Assembly: GCA_963716725.1 (NCBI GenBank)
Contig: CAVQUB010000015.1
Coordinates: forward strand, 288,001 to 352,000
Direction of reading: 5' to 3'
From: an uncultured delta proteobacterium
Lineage (GTDB): Bacteria; Myxococcota_A; Polyangia; Polyangiales; Polyangiaceae
DNA: 64,000 bases
In this document: piece by piece, positions 51,227 to 60,546 of the stretch
Layout of the letters: each line of letters starts with the position of its first letter
Position numbering within the stretch: the first letter of the stretch is position 1
Made by a program: the position numbers and the translations under genes
Notes under the pieces: generated by a model
Told to the model about the DNA's origin: nothing
Seen by the model: the letters and a program-made list of their open reading frames with translations, nothing else
The model's database searches: none

Positions 51227-51793
51227 CTACTCCTTCACCAGCGCGTCCAGCAGCTTCCTCGCGGCGCCGGGTGCGTCTTTCATCAGGTTGATGGCAATGA
51301 GCACGTTTGCAGGCTCGTCAAAGCGGATCGCATTCTTCGCGCCCGGGGCTTCCGCCGACGCTTTCCACTTCGCAAAATCCTCTTTCAAAGGCGCCGCCTT
51401 GCAGTCGTCCGGCTTCGCGGCAGGGCGCTTGATGATCACGAGTCCCACTGGCTTGGCGTTGCGCGTGACACTCAGCTGAAGCGTCTCGATCTCACCACAA
51501 GTCACGATCTCCTCTGGCCCGATGGCAGCGTAGCCGGCTTTTTCGAGCGCCGCCTTCACCGTCGGTACGTCCACGCTGCTCAGGTCCGTCCCCTCGATCT
51601 TCCACGTCGATGCCACCTTGCCGGAGCTCGCCGGCGGCGCGCTCTCGGGCTCCGTCGGGTCGCTCGCGTTCGGTGCGACTGTCGGCGCAGCGACAGGGCC
51701 CGTCTCGGGCTTCGGATCTACGGCGGGCGGTGAGGTCCCGCCACAGGCGCTCAGCAGGACTACGAGAATGGAGACCGGCGACAGTGAACTCAT
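51227..51793 (-). CDS. Hypothetical lipoprotein
   Basis: Lipobox LSAC, Pro-rich linker and a small globular domain. Confidence 0.7.
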   Translation of the reverse strand: MSSLSPVSILVVLLSACGGTSPPAVDPKPETGPVAAPTVAPNASDPTEPESAPPASSGKVASTWKIEGTDLSSVDVPTVKAALEKAGYAAIGPEEIVTCGEIETLQLSVTRNAKPVGLVIIKRPAAKPDDCKAAPLKEDFAKWKASAEAPGAKNAIRFDEPANVLIAINLMKDAPGAARKLLDALVKE

Positions 51794-51891
51794 CCCGCGC
51801 TGGATACACCAAGGTCCGGCCGCGAGGAAGGCGGTTCGCGCAGTCGCGCCTGCGTTCTTGGGTTGGGCTCCCAGCGCTGCAACAACGCCCG

Positions 51892-52062
51892 ATGACCGTC
51901 CGGATCCTGTGGGCTGCGATCTTTGCCTCGACGGTCATCTTCTTCGTCATGGCCTTCGTCGTGAAGGACCCGCAGCCGATCCCGCTGCTGGTCATGCCCG
52001 CAGCGCTGGCCTTCGTCGCGCTCGTCTTGGCGATGATCGGCTTCGTGCTTCCCGCGCACTGT
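51892..52062 (+). pseudogene. Truncated two-TM membrane protein fragment
   Basis: MTVRILWAAIFAS...IGFVLPAH, then non-protein-like sequence near the repeat. Confidence 0.4.
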
Positions 52063-52128
52063 CGGCGGCCAACGCGCCGCCCGCGCCAAGCGGAGCTGGG
52101 GCTGCCCGTCCCAGCCTCACCCGGAGGC

Positions 52129-52186
52129 ACTTCGCGCCGGCGCCGCCGAAGACCTGGAAATTCGGCGCGGACCACCCGATTGGCTG
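52129..52186 (+). repeat. Copy 2 of the imperfect 58-bp direct repeat (displaced gene end)
   Basis: Encodes FAPAPPKTWKFGADHPIG, versus FEPVPPKAWKFGANKPTG in copy 1. Confidence 0.8.
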
Positions 52187-52239
52187 GGGCGGTGGCCCCG
52201 CGTTGGCGCCAGGTGCTCGCCGCCGCTATCCTTCGCGAC

Positions 52240-53394
52240 GTGAGCGTTGGGCAGCGCCGACCGGCGAGCGTGTGGTTGCTGATGGCGGCGGGGATCGCCA
52301 CCATCGTCGCCGCGTCGTGTGCGGAGTCCGAAGGCATCGACGGCTCGACGCCGGTGGGCGGCGCCGGCGGCGGCACGGGGGACGCGAGCGTCGGTGGGAG
52401 CGGTGCCTTCGGAGGCGCGCCGACCGGGGGCGCGGCGGGCGCACCAATCGGAGGCAGCGGCGGAGCCACGGGTGGCGGCGGCAGCGGCGGAGCGACCGGC
52501 GGCAGCGGCGGCACGACCGGCGGCAGCGGCGGCACGACCGGCGGCAGCGGCGGAGCGACCGGCGGCAGCGGCGGCACGACCGGCGGCAGCGGCGGAGCGA
52601 CCGGCGGCAGCGGCGGCACGACCGGCGGCAGCGGCGGAGCGACCGGCGGCAGCGGCGGCACGACCGGCGGCAGCGGCGGAGCGACCGGCGGCAGCGGCGG
52701 AGCGACCGGCGGCACTGGCGGCACTGGCGGCACCGGAGGCAGCGGAGGCTGTCCCATCAAGAGCTACGACTTCACGGATTGCACCGGATGGACGGCGTCG
52801 GGCGCCAAGAGCGATTGGCAGTGCGGTGTGCCGTCAGTGGGTCCACCGAACGGGGACCACACTGGGGGAGGCAAGTGCTGGGGCACCAAGCTCACCGGCA
52901 ACGCCACCAACTGCCAGGACTCCACGCTGACTTCGCCGGTGGTGAACCTCTCGGCCGACAGCGGCAAGGCTCTGCGGCTCAGGTTCTGGCACTACTACGA
53001 CTTCCGGGCCTGTGTTCCGGGCAGTCTCTGCGGCTTCGTCTGCGCCCTCGAGAAGAGCACGTACTCCGGTGGCGTTGTCGAGGTCACGACCAACGGTTCG
53101 ACCTGGACCAAGGTCGCACCGTCCGGCGGCTACAACGGCCCGGCCATCGAGTGCTACTCGACGGACTCGGACGGCGGAACGACCTGCGCGCCCTGCGCCC
53201 TCGATGGACAGGTCGGCTTCGGCGGCAAGGCGGCGGGCTGGGAGTTGGTCGAGATCGACATCTCGAGCTACGCCACCGCCACCTTCCAAGCGCGGTTCCA
53301 CTTCGCGAGCTACGGAACCGAGTTCCTCTGCCATCCGGACAAGCCGGGTTGGTACGTCGACGACGTGTCGATCGTGAAGCTCAGCTGTCCGTGA
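52240..53394 (+). CDS. Lipoprotein with long Gly-rich linker and MAM/cleaved-adhesin-like beta-sandwich
   Basis: Lipobox AASC, WQCG.P, STLTSPVVNL, LRFWHYYD, VEVTTNGSTW and GWYVDDVSI. Confidence 0.75.
   Translation: MSVGQRRPASVWLLMAAGIATIVAASCAESEGIDGSTPVGGAGGGTGDASVGGSGAFGGAPTGGAAGAPIGGSGGATGGGGSGGATGGSGGTTGGSGGTTGGSGGATGGSGGTTGGSGGATGGSGGTTGGSGGATGGSGGTTGGSGGATGGSGGATGGTGGTGGTGGSGGCPIKSYDFTDCTGWTASGAKSDWQCGVPSVGPPNGDHTGGGKCWGTKLTGNATNCQDSTLTSPVVNLSADSGKALRLRFWHYYDFRACVPGSLCGFVCALEKSTYSGGVVEVTTNGSTWTKVAPSGGYNGPAIECYSTDSDGGTTCAPCALDGQVGFGGKAAGWELVEIDISSYATATFQARFHFASYGTEFLCHPDKPGWYVDDVSIVKLSCP
52477..52707 (+). repeat. 21-bp tandem repeat x11 encoding GGSGG[A/T]T
   Basis: Two unit variants: GGCGGCAGCGGCGGAGCGACC and GGCGGCAGCGGCGGCACGACC. 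Confidence 0.95.
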
Positions 53395-53398
53395 GCGA

Positions 53399-53815
53399 TC
53401 AGCTCCGGGACGATCCGCGCTTCACCGTGCGGCGTTCAGTGGCCGCCCGACGTTCCACCCCGCCTGGTGGCGGCGGCTTCGTCGCCGTCGGCGCCGCGGT
53501 CCGTCTGCGTTCCGTGTGTCGGCGATCAGAGGTTCGCCGCTCTGCCCCGGCGCGGCGATCGCCTGGGGGGGCGCACTCGGCGCATAGATCGGTCAGCGTG
53601 AGCGACCGCCGTCCGGCGATCGCGGCGTGGTTCGCGCACAGCACGACGAAGCCGTCGCGCAACTTGTGCCGGCGCAGCACGCGCAGATCGGCGATGCCGC
53701 ACACCGCACAGGGCTTGGCGACAGCGTGACCGCGCTGCGCGCGGCGGTAGCACGCCGGACAGCAACCGCGGCGTGGTCGGTCGGTGGGTCGTCCGCAGGA
53801 CGCGCAGGCTTGCAT
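53399..53815 (-). CDS. Small Cys-rich (zinc-finger-like) protein with [D/E]RR repeats
   Basis: CASC..CCPAC..CAVC..LCANH, then DRR, ERR, DRR, ERRR, ERR and ERR. Confidence 0.55.
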   Translation of the reverse strand: MQACASCGRPTDRPRRGCCPACYRRAQRGHAVAKPCAVCGIADLRVLRRHKLRDGFVVLCANHAAIAGRRSLTLTDLCAECAPPGDRRAGAERRTSDRRHTERRRTAAPTATKPPPPGGVERRAATERRTVKRGSSRS

Positions 53816-54020
53816 GGCCCCTCGATCTATCGCGGAAACTGCCGCCGATCTCAAGTCCTTCGCGGGGTGCCCAGAGTCGGAATCGAACCAACGACACGCG
53901 GAGGGGGTGACTCGGACTTCGCCTTGGCTCCCGGAGACGGCTCGGGGCGCGCTAGAAAACCGCTGGACTTCACCGGTGACTTGCGTTTTCCTCAACCCGC
54001 GACCACGCTTGGAGGGTGAC

Positions 54021-54305
54021 TTGGCACACCGACTCGACCCGACGGAGGCGATCGACGCCGCGCGCACCGCGGTGCTCACGGGCCGGACGCGCGTGTCGGA
54101 TGTAGCCGAGGACCAGATGGCGCGGCTCTTCTGGACTGCGGCGGACGTGGAGCGCGCGATCCGCAACGCAACGGCCGCCGAGGCCATCGCGCCGCCTGAG
54201 TGCTGGCGTCTCGCCGGAGGCACAACGCCCGACGGTGAACCGGCGGTGATCGAGATCGATGTAACGGACCGCTTCGTTCGCATTCTCAGCGTGGCGCGGG
54301 CGTAG
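54021..54305 (+). CDS. Putative DUF4258/MqsR-like toxin
   Basis: 94 aa from a TTG start with GGAGG RBS; RelE-like layout; precedes an HTH gene. Confidence 0.55.
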   Translation: MAHRLDPTEAIDAARTAVLTGRTRVSDVAEDQMARLFWTAADVERAIRNATAAEAIAPPECWRLAGGTTPDGEPAVIEIDVTDRFVRILSVARA

Positions 54306-54314
54306 GAGGCACAC

Positions 54315-54710
54315 ATGGCAAAGAAGATCACCAAGGTTGGGCGATACCGCGTCGAGGATGCATCGCGCCCGTACACGGCCGGCGAGGAGCTTTCGCTGCG
54401 CCAGCTTGCCGGCTACGAGCGACGGGCCGCGCGCACGATTCTGCGGGACGTGAAGGGCGTCGAGCCCGAGGTGCTCCGCTACGCGCGCAAAGCCATCGGG
54501 CTCACGCAACCGCAACTGGCCGAGCTCTTCGGGGTCAGCCCGGAAACAGTCTCGCGCTGGGAAACCGGCGCCGACCCGTTCAAGCCCTTCGTGCAACTGG
54601 CGCTCGCCACGCTTGTTGACGTGGCAGAGGCGGCCGGCGGCGAAGACCTCGGATCTCGGCTACAGCGCCCGGTGCCGGCCGATGGCACGATCACGCTGAA
54701 AGCGAGCTGA
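54315..54710 (+). CDS. XRE-family HTH protein (MqsA/HigA-like antitoxin)
   Basis: LRYARKAIGLTQPQLAELFGVSPETVSRWETG; AGGAGG RBS. Confidence 0.8.
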   Translation: MAKKITKVGRYRVEDASRPYTAGEELSLRQLAGYERRAARTILRDVKGVEPEVLRYARKAIGLTQPQLAELFGVSPETVSRWETGADPFKPFVQLALATLVDVAEAAGGEDLGSRLQRPVPADGTITLKAS

Positions 54711-54843
54711 GCAAGCAAGCGCCCCGCAGGCTGGCAGGCCCCGGGGCGCGAACAGGGAAGGCGATCCGATGCCGCGGTGCCGGAACTCGCTGACTCGGGG
54801 TCACCCGCGGGGCAGAACTGCCCCACAGCTGCCCCACCGATCG

Positions 54844-54916
54844 TGCCCAGAGTCGGAATCGAACCAACGACACGCGGATTTTCAATCCGCTGCTCTACCA
54901 ACTGAGCTATCTGGGC
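54844..54916 (-). tRNA. tRNA-Phe(GAA), no encoded CCA
   Basis: GCCCAGA/TCTGGGC acceptor stem, GCGGA-TTGAAAA-TCCGC anticodon arm, GGTTCGATTCC T-loop. Confidence 0.96.
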
Positions 54917-55050
54917 GGCGGGAGCGAGCTATTAGCGCACCCGGGGCGGGCTGTGCAATCTCTCGAGGCGCCCCAGGCGCGATTTGTGGTGATTCTCGGC
55001 GCTTCGATGCGCGTCTGAAAAGGGCGTCGTTCTGGTATCCTGCCGTTCCC

Positions 55051-56127
55051 GTGGCGAGCCTTGCACCTGGATCTGGCGGAAACCCGTATTCGAGCGAGTC
55101 CTATCTGCACCAGCTCCTGGCGAAGGCGGTGGCAGCCGGCGCCCGGGACGTTCACCTGAAGGTCGGCCAGCCGCCGGGGGCCCGGGTGAGGGGCTCGCTG
55201 GTGTATTTCCGCCTCGATCGCATCCGCCCGCAGGACACCGAGGCCGCGGCGCGCCACATCATCCGCGACCCGGCGTTGCGCGACGATCTGGACCACCTGA
55301 CCGAGTTCGACACCTCGTACGCGGCGCCTGACATCGGCCGCTTCCGCGTCAACATCTACCGGCAGCGCGGCACCCTCGCCATCGTGATGCGCGCCATCCC
55401 CTTCGAGATCCCGTCGCTGGAGGACATTCGGGCGCCTAGCGCGTGCAAAGAGCTCGCGGAGCGCGACCGCGGGCTCGTGCTCGTGGTCGGTGCGGCCGGC
55501 AACGGCAAGAGCACGACGCTGGCGGCGATGATCTCCCACATGAACCACAACATGTCGCGGCACATCGTCACCATCGAAGATCCCATCGAATACCTGCACA
55601 ACGACGATCGCTGCTCGGTCAGCCAGCGTGAGCTGAACCTCGACACCGCCAGCTTCGCCGATGCGCTTCGCGCATCGCTGCGCCAAGATCCCGACGTGAT
55701 TCAGGTCGGCGAGATCCGAGATCCGGAGACCATGGAAATCGCACTCAAGGCGGCGGAGACCGGCCACTTGGTGCTCTCGACCCTGCACACGCCCGACGTG
55801 TCGCGCACGGTCAACCGCGTGATCGCCCTCTCCGGAGGGGATCCGGCGGAGGTCCGCGAGCGCCTCGGCGACGCGCTCCAGGGCGTGATCGCGCAAAGGC
55901 TTCTGCCGCGGGCGGACGGGCAAGGCATGGTGCTCGCCGCCGAGGTCTTGATCGCCACGGGCATCGTGCGCGAGGCCATCAAGCGCCCAGCGGGCAACCC
56001 CGCGCTCAAGGATCTGATGGAAGGCGGCGACATGTACGGCATGCAGACCTTCGAGATGGCGGTGAAGGCCATGCTGCGCGAGAACGTGGTGGACAAAGAG
56101 ACCGCCCGCTCGGCCATCGGCTTCTGA
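55051..56127 (+). CDS. PilT/PilU family type IV pilus ATPase paralog
   Basis: GRFRVNIYRQRG, GAAGNGKSTTLAAM, TIEDPIEY, LRQDPDVI.VGEIRD, AAETGHLV.STLHT and GMQTF. It lacks the canonical AIRNLIRE motif (IVREAIKR instead). Confidence 0.9.
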   Translation: MASLAPGSGGNPYSSESYLHQLLAKAVAAGARDVHLKVGQPPGARVRGSLVYFRLDRIRPQDTEAAARHIIRDPALRDDLDHLTEFDTSYAAPDIGRFRVNIYRQRGTLAIVMRAIPFEIPSLEDIRAPSACKELAERDRGLVLVVGAAGNGKSTTLAAMISHMNHNMSRHIVTIEDPIEYLHNDDRCSVSQRELNLDTASFADALRASLRQDPDVIQVGEIRDPETMEIALKAAETGHLVLSTLHTPDVSRTVNRVIALSGGDPAEVRERLGDALQGVIAQRLLPRADGQGMVLAAEVLIATGIVREAIKRPAGNPALKDLMEGGDMYGMQTFEMAVKAMLRENVVDKETARSAIGF

Positions 56128-56132
56128 GAAAT

Positions 56133-56212
56133 TGGTGCACCGCAACAAATCGGCTTGACGTTGGCCGTAGCGTGTGGGAAATTGGCTGCGGAAGCGTTGT
56201 TGCGCCGCAATA
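56133..56212 (+). promoter_or_regulatory. Two TGC-N3-GCA operator-like palindromes flanking a sigma70-like promoter
   Basis: TGGTGCACCGCAACA (56133-56147), TTGACG (56155-56160), GAAATT (56178-56183) and TGTTGCGCCGCAATA (56198-56212). Confidence 0.5.
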
Positions 56213-56228
56213 CGCCTGGAGGAGAGCC

Positions 56229-56897
56229 ATGCAGCCCGAGAGCCCGCCGACGGCGCCGCCGTCGCCCACCCTGTCCTTTGCGGATCCCACGCCCCTCGGC
56301 CTAATCGCCCTGGCCATGGGCTGCGCGGCGCTATTGCCGCTGGCCTTCGGCGTGACGACCAGTCGCGCGGCGCTCGAGACCGGCGCAGTGTTCTGCATCC
56401 TGTTCGGTTGCGGCGGCCAGTTGCTCGCGGGCGTGTTGAACTTGGCGAACAAGAACCTGCTCGGCGGCACGGTCTTCACGGCGTTTGCGTTCAACTGGGC
56501 GGTCAACGCCTGGGTCTTGTGGTCCTTGTCGCGCGGGGCGCCGCCCGACCACCACGTGCTGTTGGCCACCGAGGCGGCGTCACTGGTCTTGTTCCTACCG
56601 CTGACCTACGCCTTTGGCTTTCACTCCAAGATCTTGTTCGCCTTCCTCCTGGACATCGACCTGCTCTACGTCTTCAAGCTCGCACGCGGCTACGGGCACG
56701 TGACGGGGCTCGAGACGCCCATCGCGCTGGCCACCCTGGGTCTGGGCGCGATCTCGCTCTACATCGCCCTCGCGATGCTGGTGAACCCCACCGCCGGACG
56801 CGCCGTCTTCCCGATCCCGGGGCCGCTGTTCGGGGCCAAGTCGCCGCTGCCCAGCGCCGGCGATGCCGCCAGCGTGGCGACGCGCGCCGTGGCCTGA
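56229..56897 (+). CDS. GPR1/FUN34/YaaH (SatP-like) small-acid transporter
   Basis: FADPTPLGL signature, GCGGQLLAG and N..GGT.F..FAF.W; 6 TM segments. Confidence 0.8.
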   Translation: MQPESPPTAPPSPTLSFADPTPLGLIALAMGCAALLPLAFGVTTSRAALETGAVFCILFGCGGQLLAGVLNLANKNLLGGTVFTAFAFNWAVNAWVLWSLSRGAPPDHHVLLATEAASLVLFLPLTYAFGFHSKILFAFLLDIDLLYVFKLARGYGHVTGLETPIALATLGLGAISLYIALAMLVNPTAGRAVFPIPGPLFGAKSPLPSAGDAASVATRAVA

Positions 56898-56948
56898 GAT
56901 CCCGGGTCTTCTGGACCCGCTGGCGGTCCTGGTCTATGGCCACGCCCG

Positions 56949-57905
56949 ATGTCCGACGGTCTTCGCCACGACTACGCTCGCGCCGAGGTGCGCGCGATCC
57001 ACGACCTGCCGCTCTTCGAGCTCATCGACCGTGCGCGGGCGGTGCACGTCGCTCATCACCCGACGTCCGAGCTTCAGCTCTGCACCCTGCTCAGCGTGAA
57101 GACCGGCGGCTGTCCGGAAGACTGCGCCTACTGCCCTCAGTCGGCCCACTACAAGACGTCCGTCGATCGCGAGCAGCTGCTGGAGGTGGACGAGGTCATC
57201 GCAGCCGCCAAGCGCGCCCGCGAGGTCGGCGCGACGCGCCTGTGCATGGGCGCGGCCTGGCGCGAGGTGAAGGACGGACCAGCCTTCGAGCAGATCCTAG
57301 AGATGGTGCGCAAGGTGAAGTCCGAAGGGCTCGAGACCTGTGTGACCTTGGGCATGCTCACGGCGGAGCAGGCGCTCCGCCTGCGCGAGGCCGGGCTCGA
57401 CGCCTACAACCACAACCTCGACAGCTCGCCGGAGTTCTACCGATCCATCATCACGACGCGAACCTTCGATCAACGACTGGACACCCTGAAGCACGTGCGC
57501 GCCGCGGGCATCACGGTCTGCACCGGCGGGATCATCGGGATGGGCGAGGGCGTGGAAGATCGCTGCGCCATGCTGGTGGAGCTGTCGCGCCTCGACCCGC
57601 ACCCAGAGAGCGTGCCCATCAACGCGCTGGTGCGCGTCGCCGGCACGCCCCTGGAGAACATGCCGCCGGTCGATCCGCTGGATCTGGTGCGCATGGTGGC
57701 CACGGCGCGCATCCTGATGCCGCGCTCGCGCGTGCGCCTCTCGGCCGGGCGCACCGAGCTGGCGCGCGAGGCTCAGCTCTTGTGCATGTATGCCGGCGCC
57801 AACAGCATCTTCTACGGTGAGACGCTGCTCACCACGCCGAACCCCGGTCCGGACGCCGACGCCGAGCTGATGCGCTCGGCCGGGCTCAGCGCGGCTCCGG
57901 GCTGA
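56949..57905 (+). CDS. bioB: Biotin synthase
   Basis: [43 protein letters not shown] and AGANSIFYG. Confidence 0.96.
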   Translation: MSDGLRHDYARAEVRAIHDLPLFELIDRARAVHVAHHPTSELQLCTLLSVKTGGCPEDCAYCPQSAHYKTSVDREQLLEVDEVIAAAKRAREVGATRLCMGAAWREVKDGPAFEQILEMVRKVKSEGLETCVTLGMLTAEQALRLREAGLDAYNHNLDSSPEFYRSIITTRTFDQRLDTLKHVRAAGITVCTGGIIGMGEGVEDRCAMLVELSRLDPHPESVPINALVRVAGTPLENMPPVDPLDLVRMVATARILMPRSRVRLSAGRTELAREAQLLCMYAGANSIFYGETLLTTPNPGPDADAELMRSAGLSAAPG

Positions 57906-59407
57906 GCGAAGGCGGCAGCCCCGGTCTTCTCCAGGTGCGTCACCCAGATGGTGCGCACGACCCGGCCGCCGCGGACGACGTTGACCTGGGACACGTCTCG
58001 CAGGACGCGACCCGGGAGATCTCGCTCGGGATCGACCCGGAACCGGCTGTCGTGCACGAAGATCAGGTGCCGAACGTCGGCCCAGTGGTCGCGCGGCAGC
58101 CAGTCGTCGAAATCGTCGCGGCGCGGGCCGTTGCAGCCCACCCGCACGCGACGCCCCAGGTGCGCCTGGACCTGGGCGCAGATCGTCCAGTGCGGTCCGA
58201 CCACCACCAGACCCTCGGCTTCGGCGGCCGAGCTCCGCGCGATGACGGCGTCGAGCAGCTCGCGGCCGGGCCCCCAAGCGTAGAGGTCGTTGGCGATGTC
58301 GTAGCGCGGGCGATAGGACTCGCCGAGCCAGCGCGGCGCGAGCGGCGTGCGGATCCAGAGCCAGGCGAAGGCGACCACCGCCACGCCCGTGATCACGCTG
58401 CCGCGGGCGAGCCGCGGCCCGACGATTTCTGTGCGACCGACCTGGATGGCCAGCGCGAGGTAGGTCGGCGCGAACCAGTGAGGTTCGGCGACGCGGGACC
58501 ACAGGCAGAGCAGTGCCAAGGGCAAGGTCGTGACGACCAAGCAAGTGAACAGCATGGCGCTCACGGCGTCTTCGCGACGTCGTCGGATCAGATCTCGCGT
58601 CACCAACACCGCGCCGAGCAAGAACGGCGGCGTGACGTAGGCGACTTGCCCGCCCACGAAGGCTCCCAAATTCCTGAGCGAGAAGCCGGCGGCGCTCTGG
58701 GTGGAGATCAGGCGGTGGCGCGCCATGGGCCAGCCTTGGCCCAGCTCGAAGAGGACCAGCGGTGCGATCAGGATCAGCGCGACGGCGAGGGCCGCCCACG
58801 GGGCCAGGGTGCGAAAGCGAGGGCGCAAATCCCGATGAAACGCGGCGGCGAGCAGGCTGATGCCGAGCAGCGCTCCGCTCAGCTTCGACAAGGTCGCGAG
58901 TCCTACCAGCGCGCCCACGCCGAGGGTGCAGATGAAGGCGGTGAAGCTCTGAGCGGGCGAGCGCGCCGCCCGCGCAAAGAGCCCGAGGGCGCCGAGCCAG
59001 GCGAGCGCCAGCGGCAGGTCTGGCGTCAGACCGAACAGGCCGATCGCGAGCTCGGGCACCCAGGTCAAGGTGAGCGCGACGGCGAGCGCGCCGCGCAGAC
59101 GTGCTCCCGCTGCAAGGCTCGCCAGCGCCCCGACCCAAGGCACCGCCGCCGCGAGGCAGGCCGTGAGCAGGTGAGTCGACAAGGGTGTCGGCGCCGCGCC
59201 ACGCCCGATCAGCCGCGCGATGGATCCGATGAGCCCCGGGTGATCGAGGTACGCTGGCTGCGGGAAGAGCGCGTAGCTCGCGTACAGCGCTTCGGAGTCG
59301 CCGAAGCCGGTCCCCACCGCCACGTGCGCGCGCAGCGCGAACAGCACCAAGGTCGAGACGATGGTCGCCGTCCACAGAGTCGTTTCGGTTGCACGACGCG
59401 GGGTCAT
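57812..59407 (-). CDS. GT-C glycosyltransferase (ArnT/PMT, family 39/83-like)
   Basis: [26 protein letters not shown] and AEPHW; multi-TM. The 3' end overlaps bioB convergently. Confidence 0.82.
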   Translation of the reverse strand: MTPRRATETTLWTATIVSTLVLFALRAHVAVGTGFGDSEALYASYALFPQPAYLDHPGLIGSIARLIGRGAAPTPLSTHLLTACLAAAVPWVGALASLAAGARLRGALAVALTLTWVPELAIGLFGLTPDLPLALAWLGALGLFARAARSPAQSFTAFICTLGVGALVGLATLSKLSGALLGISLLAAAFHRDLRPRFRTLAPWAALAVALILIAPLVLFELGQGWPMARHRLISTQSAAGFSLRNLGAFVGGQVAYVTPPFLLGAVLVTRDLIRRRREDAVSAMLFTCLVVTTLPLALLCLWSRVAEPHWFAPTYLALAIQVGRTEIVGPRLARGSVITGVAVVAFAWLWIRTPLAPRWLGESYRPRYDIANDLYAWGPGRELLDAVIARSSAAEAEGLVVVGPHWTICAQVQAHLGRRVRVGCNGPRRDDFDDWLPRDHWADVRHLIFVHDSRFRVDPERDLPGRVLRDVSQVNVVRGGRVVRTIWVTHLEKTGAAAFAQPGAALSPAERISSASASGPGFGVVSSVSP

Positions 59408-60512
59408 GACAGCCACGGTGCGAGCAGGCGAGCGACGTGTTTGGAGCTCTCGGTGGCTCCGTCCGGGCACACCATCGCGCGGACGTCGCGGCAGGCGCGG
59501 ACGAAGGTGGCTCGATCGTCGAGCAAGCGTCCGGCCTCTTCGGCCAGCGCTTCGGCGCTGAATCGCCCTTGGAGCAGCTCGGGGAATACCGCCTCGCCGA
59601 GCACCAGGTTCGGCAGCCCGATGGTCTCCAGCGAGACGAGCCGTCTCGCAACCAGCTCGGTCAACGGTCCCACCCGGTAGCCGATCACCGGTGGGACCTC
59701 CGCGGCGACGCACTCGAGAGTCACGGTGCCGCTGGCTGCCAGCGCCGCGTCGAAGGCCGACAGCACGCTCGGAGCGCTCGACTCGACCACCGACACGCCG
59801 GCTGCGGTCGCAGCCCGTCCGATCCGATCGGCCACCTTGCGCGCCAGGGACGAGGCGACGATCACCCGCGCGTCGAGGGCGCCTCGGTCCGCGCGCAAGA
59901 GGGCTACCGCGTCGAGCATTGGCTCCAGGTGGCGGCCGATCTCCTCGGGGCGGCTGCCGGGAAGGATCGCGACGTACTCGGCCCAGGGCGCCAGCCCGAG
60001 GCGCTGCCGAACCGCGTCGCGCGGCGGTGCGGCGCGCTCGAAGGCGGGGTGCCCGACGTAGCTGGCGTCGACTCCATGGGCTTGCCAGAGCGCTTGTTCG
60101 AAGGGCAGCACGACCGCCATGCGATCGACGCTGCGGGCCAGGCTCGGGGCTCGACCGGGGCGCCAGGCCCAAACCTGGGGAGGCGCGTACCAGAGCACGC
60201 GCACGCCGCGCGATCGCAGCCGGGGAGCCAGCCAGGCGTTGAAGTCGGAGTAGCCGACGAGCAGCGCGGCGCGAGCGTGCCGGCTCTTGGCCTCGGACAG
60301 GAGCAGGTGCGCGGCCCGGGCGATGGCCGGTGCGCGCGCCACCACCGCGCCGACGCCCATGCCGGTGAGCGAGGGAGATCCACCAGCAAATCGACGCCCG
60401 CGGCCGCGAGGGCCCGACCGCCCAGTCCGAAGGCTGCCACGCCGAGCTCGCGCATGACCGGGGCCGCCATCGCGTCCCCGGAGCCCTCGCCCGCGGAGAC
60501 CAACAGCGTCAC
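59404..60512 (-). CDS. lpxB: Lipid-A-disaccharide synthase; frameshift at ~60374
   Basis: SAGEGSGD, then in a shifted frame YSDFN, YAPPQVWAWR, LPFE, YVGHP, LPGSR, ASGTVTLE, LPNL and PELLQ. Confidence 0.88.
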
Positions 60513-60546
60513 GAGCGTGCTCCGCCCGACAGGCGGCGAGCGAGCA

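Larger units (their letters stand above)
53867..54878. mobile_element. Integrase-less genomic islet at tRNA-Phe, bounded by 36-bp att-like direct repeats
   Basis: GTGCCCAGAGTCGGAATCGAACCAACGACACGCGGA occurs identically at 53867-53902 and 54843-54878. Confidence 0.8.

Noticed and set aside
51610..53394. A single 594-aa ORF as listed in the track
   Set aside because: It chains antisense sequence, a membrane fragment and the repeat to a lipoprotein that has its own signal peptide from ~52240.
56895..56951. UGA readthrough fusing the SatP-like gene to bioB (same frame, no intervening stop)
   Set aside because: The nearest strong hairpin starts only ~5 nt after the TGA and has a TTCTG loop. Both proteins are complete on their own, and open in-frame spacers are common at this GC content.
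18250..60374. Programmed ribosomal frameshifting at the split genes
   Set aside because: There are no slippery heptamers or common signal, the shifts go in both directions, and the genes are unrelated, so sequencing error is the simpler explanation.
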